Assembly (NCBI GenBank): GCA_964035545.1
Contig: OZ037769.1
Span: 15,840,633 to 15,904,632, forward strand
Origin: Bugula neritina
Taxonomy: Eukaryota > Animalia > Bryozoa
DNA: 64,000 nucleotides
Direction of reading: 5' to 3'
Position 1 is the stretch's first letter. Every line of letters starts with the position of its first letter. The position numbers and the translations under genes are program-made. The notes under the pieces were generated by a model, which was not told where the DNA came from, searched no databases, and saw only the letters and a program-made list of their open reading frames with translations. This document shows positions 30,101-39,815 of the stretch, piece by piece.

Positions 30101-31262
30101 CTGTGTAGTATATACAGTGTACTGTGTAGTATGTACAGTGTACTGTGTAGTGTGTACAGTGTACTGTGTAGTATGTACAGTGTACTGTGTAGTATGTACA
30201 GTGTACTGTGTACATTCTAACTGAGACTCAACAAGCCTCTATTCACACATACTTTTCCTCTATTCATACAGTCTACAGAACTATTCACAGAATGCTTTGT
30301 TCTACTCTCCCTATAGACCTGCTCACTCTATTATAACTCAACAATACTCAATTATAATCATAATAACTTGTACAACTCAAGGGTTGGCACCTCTAGACAA
30401 GTGTGCCCCACTCTACCTTCAACAGCACTACTTGTTTGCTCTCTTGAGGCTTGTTGCCATAGCAACTAGCTTGTAAACACATCAGATAAGGCACTGGTTA
30501 CTATAGCTGGTGTAGGTTTCAAATTGATTGTACAGAACAAGGGTGGCCCGTGTCTTATCAGTTGATGTAAATATCACGTTACTGTTGATATCCCCCTTTC
30601 ATGTTGGCCTGTAATACCGCTCCTAGCTAGCTATAGTGTCCCCGTCTGATCTGTAGTAGGGGGGGGGGGTTATTGTCCACTGCCCCATCATTCTATAAGG
30701 GAGTTAAGAACTCGCTCTAACATAGTCTGAGCACCTCTAGACTCGTGCAGTTAGAGAGGGTACCTTGTACTGCTGCAGTATAAGCTAAGGCAGTGATCTC
30801 TACTTTGTAATGTGTGTGATTGTAGAGGGAGAAGTGGAGATGCACGGCCCCGAGTACAACAATCCGGCCTTCCACTCGTACGAGGGGGCCGGCAGCGATG
30901 ACGATGATGACTCATTCATCAGCATCCCTGATGAGAGTCACGTCCCCTTCTCTACCTACCGACTCACTCCGTCTCCCCCAACCAAACTCAAGTCAGAGAA
31001 GTCCAAGAGAGCCAAGAGCGGCGTGAAACAATCAACTTCTGCCGAGGTGTACGAACTAGCCGAGCACCAGAGACCTCTATCTCCTCAGATAGCTTATCAT
31101 AATGACGCGTATGTAAGTGACGTGGAGGTTGAGGTGGACATTGAGTATACTGAGTCACCTCCCCCGAGGTCCCGCCTCCGCAGGAAGTCGAGATCTGGCA
31201 GAAATCATGGTGCCTATCAGAATCCCGCCTACCAGGATAGCGTGCAGCAGACCCCAGTCTAG
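144..31262 (+). CDS. Polycystin-1-like (PKD1L/PKDREJ family) protein, 5'-partial; 30 exons in window, ~1,973 aa
   Basis: Phase-consistent exon chain: 144-368, 769-907, 1418-1532, 7162-7375, 9359-9415, 9695-9925, 10129-10299, 10443-10616, 11021-11172, 12230-12404, 12714-12928, 13731-13938, 14362-14502, 14859-15044, 15299-15469, 16443-16555, 16828-17095, 17288-17423, 18326-18594, 18679-18943, 19257-19474, 19916-20117, 20321-20543, 20661-20859, 21264-21482, 28402-28623, 28706-28870, 29398-29678, 29770-29900, 30826-31262 (5,922 nt, open to TAG). Motifs: REJ end (LPAGYPEHNYAVNLHLVTVDMFG), GPS (CVYWD..WSTQGC..THCSCSHMTAF), TM1, PLAT (YIITLETGSEPGSGTTAKV..LWHDNKGGSPGWYVKRV..YYFLCERWLAVE), FSRVERLTC, LPPWFRFVAW, and polycystin domain (GWVDRQTRAVFIEFTVYN). 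The exact paralogue cannot be assigned. Confidence 0.93.
1565..1740. repeat. ~20-bp minisatellite (CCCCTTCCCGACACTGTAGC) x ~8-9
   Basis: Direct reading; lies just downstream of the donor at 1533. Confidence 0.9.
8090..8880. repeat. Two intronic minisatellites: ~21-bp TATAGACTGTAGAGTATATAG (~8090-8320) and 30-bp CTACAGCTACTACACTGTATACAGTATACA x ~10 (~8580-8880)
   Basis: Direct reading; explains the repetitive ORFs 8578-8853 and 8657-8851. Confidence 0.88.
11465..11750. repeat. (TACTATA)-type low-complexity repeat
   Basis: Direct reading; source of the Tyr/Ile/Leu-rich spurious ORFs. Confidence 0.88.
15488..15730. repeat. (AGT/ACT)n degenerate trinucleotide repeat just after donor 15470
   Basis: Direct reading; the Ser/Thr tail of ORF 15353 is intronic. 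Confidence 0.88.
16141..16442 (+). repeat. 35-bp minisatellite (~8.5 units) containing the 3' splice site
   Basis: Unit ATACTCTATACT(A/G)ATGTTACAGTATATACCCTACT. The TTACAG of the last unit is the acceptor of exon 16443. Confidence 0.93.
17396..18300 (+). repeat. ~35-37-bp minisatellite (~25 units) containing the exon end and 5' splice site
   Basis: Unit CAGTACTACTACTAGTAGTCAGG|GTGAGTGACAC(TGA). The first unit overlaps exon 17288-17423. Confidence 0.95.
20544..20640 (+). repeat. 17-bp repeat (~6 units) of the 5' splice site
   Basis: (GTAAGT[A/T]ACTAGTAGAA)n starts exactly at the donor of exon 20321-20543. Confidence 0.92.
21489..28389. repeat. 14-bp satellite (AGTATTATATCT[A/C]T)n, ~6.9 kb, ~490 units, filling a polycystin intron
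   Basis: Direct reading shows two main variants (..CTATAG / ..CTCTAG) and rare ..CTACAG, AGTAAT and ATTGT variants. Confidence 0.98.
28971..29292. mobile_element. Degenerate non-autonomous hAT (Charlie-like) element remnant
   Basis: Start CGGGGCTGTCCAACAGGCGGCCTCAGGGCTAGATGGGGCCC resembles hAT-Charlie MITE termini. GTGGCCC motifs recur toward the right end, but TIR and TSD are not cleanly recoverable. Confidence 0.45.
29908..30213. repeat. 21-bp minisatellite (TGTGTAGTATGTACAGTGTAC)n after donor 29901
   Basis: Direct reading. Confidence 0.9.
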
Positions 31263-31324
31263 GGCCAGTAGTTCTCAGTTTAGGCCAACTTCTGTTTATC
31301 GATACACATGTATATTCTAGCGCT

Positions 31325-31503
31325 GCGTACACCTGGTATTGTATGTGTACACCTAGTATTGTATGTGTACACCTGGTATTGTATGCGTACACCTGGTATT
31401 GTATGTGTACACCTAGTATTGTATGTGTACACCTGGTATTGTATGCGTACACCTAGTATTGTATGTGTACACTTAGTATTGTATGAGTACACTTAGTATT
31501 GTG
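31325..31503. repeat. 20-bp repeat (GTACACCT[A/G]GTATTGTATG[T/C])n in the polycystin 3' UTR
   Basis: Direct reading; about 9 units. Confidence 0.85.
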
Positions 31504-31904
31504 TTAGAAGTTGACCTTTTTCAGTATAGTTTTGTTTCCATACTACTTATTCACCACTAGCCAGCGTCTTGGCTCTCAGTTGACCTTATTCTATGACGTA
31601 TAATATGAAAGTTGATCTGAATCAAAGTGCTGTTTTATATTTTTAATATTGTGGGTTTTTTTATTTTGAAGTTTAAAGCTTTAAAACTAATCAAATTATC
31701 GTTCTGCATTTTACATTGTTCTATTTACAGCTCCTGTTAATCAAGCATTTTGTGTGCTCTATGCAATTTTTACCATGACTACATATTTTATATTACCATT
31801 TTGTTTCATAATGTTCACTGGTTATCAAAGCACTTGTTATCATATTGATTTTTACCTCTTTGTTATGGTTAGAATATAACAATTGTATTTATGCTAGTAT
31901 AGTT

Positions 31905-31918
31905 TTTATTCTAATAAA
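31905..31918. terminator. Back-to-back polyadenylation signals for the convergent polycystin-like and HSBP1 genes
   Basis: TTTATT-CT-AATAAA. This is the first AATAAA after the polycystin stop on + and the first AATAAA after the HSBP1 stop on -. Confidence 0.55.
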
Positions 31919-32179
31919 ATATTATCAAAGATAGCATCTTATTTTGTGCCTGTGCAATAGAAGCATCATAACAAAAATAAATTTCAAAAAAGTTCAATTA
32001 GTAATAGTTTGAAAAGAAGAAAAATCTATCAATGAATGCTGCTACATACAGTGAAGTGATAAAAATAGTTACACGAGTGAGATTGTCTACTAAGTGAGCT
32101 AATGACGTGGACGGTTACTGTTGGACTGTTAATGGTGGACGGTTAGTTGAGCAGAGTCGAGTGAAGTGCTCAGATGAGT

Positions 32180-33269
32180 CTACTTCTCTTCTACTCCAGC
32201 CTGCGTCATCAAATCAGCAATATTCCTCTCTAAGTCATCAATCCTGTTTCCCATGTCGTCTAGTATAGCAATGGTTAAGGACATTCACAGTTCACATTTT
32301 TTTAAAAATACTTCCATCAGGCTGTAAAAACTTAGAAATCATATTATTTTTGGGCAAATTATTTTGATAGAATAGTTTTTTTGCAAGAAAACGCACGTCT
32401 ACACTCCGGTATCACCATCTGATTACTACTTAGGTATTAGCAAAGAAATATACTTAATTATGTAAATTTAATGAAAATTAGGTTTTGTGAGGAAGTAAAG
32501 GATATGTCTTGAAATAATTTGATCCGACATTGTCTTGAATTTGTCCTGCATCTGCTGCATCACTCCTTGTACCTACAAATATTGTTTTAAATATAAAATG
32601 TTTATTCAGACTTGAATCGAAATTCTATTTAAAACAAAACAAATTTAATTTTTACATGTCAACTTATAATAACTATAATCAATTTAGTTGACAACATAAT
32701 GTTTTGTGAAATGATTGGAATAACTATAAAAAGTCATGATCCACAAACAATCAATTCATGGTATTCATACTTCACACAATTTTTTAATTTATGAAAAACA
32801 TTTTGATTTATTATAAGGCTTTTAGTTATAATAAATTATCTCTCAATTGCTTTACTGGTACATAACTACAGTGATCAAGTATGTGAACACCTGATCCAAA
32901 GACAAATATCAACTTTCATTAGCGATGCCAGCTGAATTAAAACCACATTGACGAGACTGTGATTTATATAGAGAATCTCAAATTTGTACGATTTAAATGC
33001 AAGTAAAAATACAATCACTCTACTATTCCAATTGCAGTTGTTAGCAAATAAACGTTAATGTACACTAGTGCTAGTAAAAAACGGTTAGTCAAGCTCAAAG
33101 TCAAAGTAAAAATCAAAATCATCGTGATCAGTTTGAGTCTGAGCCAAAGCTTCTGCAAAAATTTTATATTTTACAGTGTAAAAAGTTAATTTGTAAAACT
33201 AAAACTTACAAACACTGTTAAATCTTGCACATTGTGTGGATTGGCATCAGCTGTGCTAACTACGTCCAT
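32180..33269 (-). CDS. HSBP1: Heat shock factor-binding protein 1 (69 aa, 3 exons)
   Basis: Exons 33269-33210, 32572-32506 and 32262-32180 translate to [69 protein letters not shown], matching the HSBP1 signature ([37 protein letters not shown]). Intron 1 is GT-AG and intron 2 is AT-AC. Confidence 0.96.
32263..32505 (-). other. U12-type (minor spliceosome) AT-AC intron in HSBP1
   Basis: Minus strand 5' end ATATCCTTT, branch point TCCTTAAC at 32281-32274, and 3' end ..CTATAC. Removing it restores the frame (C|TA = Leu). Confidence 0.93.
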
Positions 33270-34115
33270 GACTAAGCAACTTCTTTTACAACAAGCTCGG
33301 CTCAACTAAACAAACTGGTAGAGAATTTATTGCTGTAAAGCGGTTGCAAGGTACGCCGTAAGTGTTAGCTAAATCAAAGAGTGTTATCCACAGCAATATT
33401 GCTCAATATACTCAAATAAAAGTCAGCAGCATATTTCAAAATAAATACATTTTAATAAACAAAAATAAATATAATACTAAAATATTTTAATTATTTTTAA
33501 ATTTTGACAGAAAAAACCCTAGCCAAATTAGTCAAATTATAGAATGCTCGGCACACATTATAAAAAAGACAACTCCGCTAGTAAAAGTAAAAAAGTAATG
33601 TGGTTATTTTGTATAAAACTTACAACTGTTTTGACAAACATGCAAGCAGTAATAAACACGAAAATGTAATTATATTGCTTTCCTGTAAAATAGTTGCCAT
33701 AAACTTCGGTCAGACTTGATGGAAAAGACAAGTTTTAGCAGATAAGCTAAACTTTGTTATTCTAGTTACTATAGCTATGACAACTATATTATTATATTCA
33801 TGCATTTTATCTTTGCAGCGAAAATGGATCGACATTAATTTTTAAAATTAATTTGTTCAAAAATCATTCAGCTTTTTGGAACTTTAAGAACCCAAAAATT
33901 TAGGATATTACATGTGTTACATCAGTTACAACATACTGGCATTAATTTTTTTCAGATTTGTAAGTTGTACGGTTTAATGAAGTTAGCTTCACTTCGAAAT
34001 AGCGTTTACATATACTATAGGAAGCATGCATATGTTAATTTATATGCAATTTATATGATCTTGCTTAGTGCTTCAATTACCATCCTTTATGTATGTCTCG
34101 AAGTATATTTGTGTG

Positions 34116-34383
<268 letters not shown>

Positions 34384-34545
34384 AATATCTTTGTTTTTGA
34401 GTGAGAGAGGAAAGATATTTGTACACCAATAGATATGTTTATAGACCGGCTTATTATAGAACTCAAGTCTAGCTCTTTTCTATACTAAGTAGGAAAGTAT
34501 AAAGGCAATAGTATAAGACTATATAGAACTGTTATACTCGAGTAA

Positions 34546-34895
34546 AGGCTTGGCTTCACGCCCGTGAGAATCACACGGAATCGTTTACTTCACACGAAAA
34601 CACAAATGTATGATCAAATCTGAGGGAATTCAAACGAAATCGGCTTTGTTGGGTTCACCCAACGAAGACGATGGACGAAAAAGCGCAATTATCAACAAAC
34701 ACCGTTTAATTGCTCTATAGAATTTTAGCAACCGTGATTATTTCATTTCTATCACGTTTATCTGTTTGACAGTTTTTTTGTTGTTTGTATCTCGTGCGAA
34801 ACTGATTCGCGGACTATTTATTTATAACGAGAGGATAACTCACGAAAATTGTCGCACGAGTTTCGTGTGATTCTCACGGGCGTGAGGCCAGGCCT
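34546..34895. mobile_element. MITE, PIF/Harbinger (Tourist)-like, 350 bp
   Basis: TIRs AGGCTTGGCTTCACGCCCGTGAGAATCACACG / CGTGTGATTCTCACGGGCGTGAGGCCAGGCCT with TAA target-site duplication. The empty site ACTCGAGTAACGCTTTAA is present in the paralogous copies near 40301 and 43450. Confidence 0.9.
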
Positions 34896-36184
34896 TAACG
34901 CTTTAATTCGAGTGAAACTGTCGCTGCAAATCATGTCACTTATATAACCAGATGCTTTCTTCTCATTGGTCAGTGGCTTCCGGTTCTGTTGCAGGGTAGC
35001 GTTTCCTACAGTGGGCTGCTATTCCTGTAATGACATGTGCTCACCACATCTTTAGAGTCTGTGCACACGTGCTGCATGTGGATCAGGTGTTAGAGTATAC
35101 AATAGAATTGTAGCCTAGCTCCATGCAATTGAAACAAGTTGCTGGCCAAGATGAAGTTAATGTAACAGCCATGCACCAATGCATTTGCTTACCTCTAATT
35201 ACATAATAAACTATATATTTGTATCATTAATTCACCATTAGGGGGGGGGGGTCTTTTGAGGGTAGCATGGTGTATGCCCAAGTCTACTACACAATTATAT
35301 AATGTATCCGCTATAACTGTGTGATATTTACCTGTATAATATGAATTATATATCCTCACTATGCTTTAACATTTTTTTTATTGTTTATAAAGAGAAAGTT
35401 ATTTGAGACAAACTCTGTTGATCCTTTGTTAATTATTTTACTTAGTTTATTGCTTTATTTTTTTCGTCTTTTAGATATATAATAATTGTTAATATAACAA
35501 TTAGACTTTATCTGCATTCAGTTGGTTGCTCATCACAAATGTTCACATTTTGGCTTACATGAGTAAATAAAAGTAACTTTTTTCCATAGTCTTTGTTCAA
35601 CTTCTTATCACATTTGCTCTAAGACTTTGATAATATGGCGGAATTAAATATTTTTTGAATAACTATAGCTGGGTGTCCAAATCTTAATTCTCGTTTAAGG
35701 TTTCAGGAGTGACAGGGTTTTTCCCCTCTTATGTTGCAAATATCTGATGGAACTCACGCTACTCAAAACTCTGCACCTATTCCTCTCAAGTAGCACATAA
35801 CTTGGGTTATCGTGCGTCAGGAAAAACAGTAATTTAGTGAGTTTGTAAGCTTTATATATATATATGAGGCGGTTTGAAACTGTTGAATAATGTAAAATGG
35901 AGCATAATGTAATATCTGCCTCTTGTTATCAAGTATAGACGAAATAGCTGGCTTAATGATTTACTGGTGTCCATCAGTCTATAAAGATGGGTCATACTTT
36001 CATAAACCTAAAGTAGAAGGGGGGGGGGGGGAATGGTTTACTTGTATCTATGCAGTCTATGAAGTTCAGTCATACTTTAAATTACCCTAAAGATATTGGT
36101 TAAATGAGGTGTTCATCAAACGACCTTGAACTATATCCCCTGCTGGTCAAGAATGAATTGCATTGAATAACGCTGAGGGTTAGT

Positions 36185-37972
36185 CTAATCATCTGTGTGA
36201 GTAGAAGTAGGTGATCTCGGTTTATGTATTTTGTAGCACTTGATTCCCACATACAAAGTTATAATAATCATCAGAGGAATAACAACTCCGAGTGAAACCT
36301 TGATGGCTGTCATCCTGTAACATAGTGAAGGCAACAGTGACATCAATAGTTAAACTCTTTTATTTGATTACATTAACAAATAGGACCTAAACATGCATAG
36401 TACATTGGGTTATATAACTAAAACTTCTTTACAACTTCATGAAGAGAAGTAGTGTTTTTGCTCCTTTTTCCTAATGGACCTCCATACATCAGTGTAGCCT
36501 ACTAGAATAACATTTTTCTGTAACGAAGTTTTTTACAATTTGCAAATCATTCTTTAAAGTTTTGTAGTATCTGACTACAGAAGAGAGTCCAAGTACTGAC
36601 AGAGTAGTTTTTAGAGGTACAATAATGAAATATTCAAGCTTTCGTATAAATACGCACCCGCCTGAAGCGTCACAGCAAAAATATTCTTCTTCGAGTTCTT
36701 TACAGCAGTATTCATACTCTTTTGGTTCTAAAAAGATGGGACACGTAACCAATCCTCTAAGGATTCCAATATCATACTTCTGGTATTTCCAGCAGATGTT
36801 ACCTTGTGCCCCTGTTGGTTAGACATGCAGCATGTGCTAGTAATCTTATTACCAGTGAATAACAACCTTTGTACAACAACATATTATGCTTTGTAAGTTC
36901 AAGTGAAACAAATATAATCTTAATAATCAGCTGCACATACATTGGTTAGTGTGTAAGCACAAGTTATTTTGCCTCTAGGAAGTGATTTTTTACTTATAGT
37001 GCTTATACCATACACTCGTAATATATTTTACATTTGATAACACAAAGCACAGGGTTATTGAAATATAGCATTAAATTACTTTGTGTAAACTCAAATACTA
37101 TATTAGTAGCCCAATTCTTATTTAAATTCCTGGTCAAACAAACCATATGGTATAATATTAATATAACATTGTAATACAGTGCCCCTCTGTGTCTAAACAC
37201 ACGCACACCTGCTCACATGAACACATATGTACATATATTTTGTCTAATAAAAATGTAGAATAAATAAATAAATTGACCACCTAAACATTATAATTACTCT
37301 TAAAATTAGTAAAACACAAAAATATTTATAGTGTTTTCAACTGTGTTATTTATATAGAGCTGTGACCCTTCAAAGATGTCAAAATTACAGACCACCTTTT
37401 TAGATTTACATGCTAACGTTCTTTTTCAGAATTAGAACAGTGCTCCTTCCATATTTCACAAATTCCTTTCTAACAAAATTCCATACGCCTGGAAAAGGGC
37501 TTAGAATATTATATATAAATGTGCAACACTTGGTACGGCACTAATAGCGTAGATGTACGCGCAGTGTGTGCCTCTATTTTACTACAGTGTGTGGCCAAAT
37601 TATGTTTAATTCAAATAACTGGATGTAATTGCGTGTAAATAAACTTGCTCTATAGAAGTTACAGCAATATTTCCACTCTTCCACTGCAATATTAATACCC
37701 CCTTGGGCTCAGCGGAAATAAAAATCCTGAACTCTTTAAAATAGGTTTTGCTTCAGTTAGTTATTGATAAGTAAGTTTAATTCATATGTTTTATAATAAG
37801 CAGCTGGGTCGGTAACAGCTAAACATTGAAAGATACTACATAGACCTATCAATGCTGATTAAATGCATTTTTAATTGCAAGCTAATCCTTATTTCAAGCA
37901 GGAGTATATATAATAGCCTGATAACTTACCAATTAGAAGCACATATAAAATTGTTAAGGCTTTCATTCCCAT
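36185..37972 (-). CDS. Shisa-like small cysteine-rich single-pass membrane protein (108 aa, 3 exons)
   Basis: Exons 37972-37930, 36811-36658 and 36314-36185. Signal peptide MGMKALTILYVLLIGAQG, a C-C-CC-CC ectodomain (ICWKY..TCPIFLEPKEYEYCCKELEEEYFCCD), TM segment VSLGVVIPLMIIITLYVGI, and a short cytoplasmic tail. GT-AG introns have consistent phase. The family call rests on the cysteine pattern only. Confidence 0.8.
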
Positions 37973-38715
37973 CTTCCCTCCAGAACACACAACATGAATA
38001 TGGGGAAATAGAAATGAGAGTATATTTATCCTTCTACAATATGCAACTTATTTCTATTATGTAAGTAGAGAAAAAACAGAACAGTTTTTCTAATCCTCAT
38101 TCTCTAGTCCCTGAATGAACAGAATAGCTGATAAAATAACTTGCAATATAATCTCTGCTCACGTTTGCTCTAAAATTTCTGATAGTAGCAAAATGACATG
38201 CCTTTGAAGAATTGGGTGTCTAAATTTCAGCTCAAATATCAGGTTTGGAACGTGATAGCTTATTTCTTTCCAGTGTTACAAATATCTGATAGAACTAGGC
38301 TATACTCAATACTCTGCACCTATTCCTCTCAAGTAGCACATAACTTAAGTTATCGTGTGTCAGTAAAAAATAGTTTAGTGAGTTTGTAAGCTTTACATAT
38401 ATAAGACGATTTGGCACCCACCGTTGAGTAATGTAAAGTGTAACATAGTAGATCTATCTCTTGTTATAAAGTAAACACAATAGCTGGCCTATTGACTATT
38501 GACATTCAATTCATCGTTTCTCCTTGATTCCATTATATCTTATGTCACTTTGTTTATCCTATTGTATTCATGTTCCCCATTCATCATAATAATTAATGGT
38601 TTATTAGTAACTATCCAGTTTACAAAGTTGGGTCTGTTATAGTTTATCCAACTTTATTTTTTACTGATCATAGACAAAAGAGTTATATGCTCTTGTCTAG
38701 TCTACATATATAAAC

Positions 38716-38750
<35 letters not shown>

Positions 38751-38775
38751 AATATATATATAAATATATATATAA

Positions 38776-38865
<90 letters not shown>

Positions 38866-38934
38866 GAACATTCATCTATAACAGTTAATAGAGCTTAAAC
38901 TTCCCTATGGAACATGTTGTGTTATTTATTTAAC

Positions 38935-38997
<63 letters not shown>

Positions 38998-39266
38998 GCA
39001 CATAAAAATAAATCAGTGAATTGTGCAGCTATATAAGTGTTAAAATTACCATAAAAGCCCAAATTTTACGCAAAACATAAGAATATTTCTAGTGTTTTCT
39101 ACTGCACTATTTATGGAACCAAGATCTTTCAAAGCTATCCAGATTGAAGACAACTCTGCTAGGCTTACATAGTAAACTTTCTTTAAGAATTAGAATAATG
39201 AACAGTGGTTTGGAGAATGTAGAAGTACAACTTATTAAAACTAATAACATAAACACATGTATCACA

Positions 39267-39480
39267 GGAGCAGCCGTGGCCTAGAGGTTAGAGTGTTTGC
39301 CTATTAAACACAAGGTCATGGGTTCGAGCCCAGACAAAGGCCATTGGTGATGTTAGGAAGAGCATCCAGTCATAATTGCTCCTGTGCCTCATTTAAATAA
39401 GTCCTTAGCCTGCTTTAACAAAAACCCTTTCTATCAGGGGTTTCTCACGGGGATAGTGACTATAAACTTGCGTGAGTTTT
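39267..39480 (+). mobile_element. tRNA-derived SINE
   Basis: Pol III A box (TGGCCTAGAGG) and B box (GGTTCGAGCCC) followed by GGTGATGTTAGGAAGAGCATCCAGTC. Further copies at ~42430 (+) and ~46845-47001 (-). The 3' end is approximate. Confidence 0.8.
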
Positions 39481-39781
39481 TTCCGCTACCCGAAGAAGAC
39501 AAAGTGGAGATAGTTGAGAATATATACTGCCCAGATCTTATATTACAGTTCATGTGTGGGCATATATACTGTTTATTTCAACCAACAAGACCAGATTGCT
39601 TGCAAATAAACCTGCACTAGAAACTAAAGCAATATTTCTATACTCTTTCTGCTGCAGTTGGTTATTAATAAGTAAGTTCAATTCATACCTTTTATAACAA
39701 GCTCTTGGGTTGGATCTATAAAAGCTGAGCATTGAAAGATACTATACATGCACCCATGATACATGCAGCCTAATAACTTAC

Positions 39782-39815
39782 CGATTAGAAGCGAAAATAT
39801 TGTTAAAAATTTCAT
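39782..39815 (-). other. Duplicated first coding exon (signal peptide) of the Shisa-like gene, copy A
   Basis: ATG AAA TTT TTA ACA ATA TTT TCG CTT CTA ATC G|GTAAGT = MKFLTIFSLLI(G). Paralogous to 37972-37930 with the same phase-1 donor. Confidence 0.7.
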
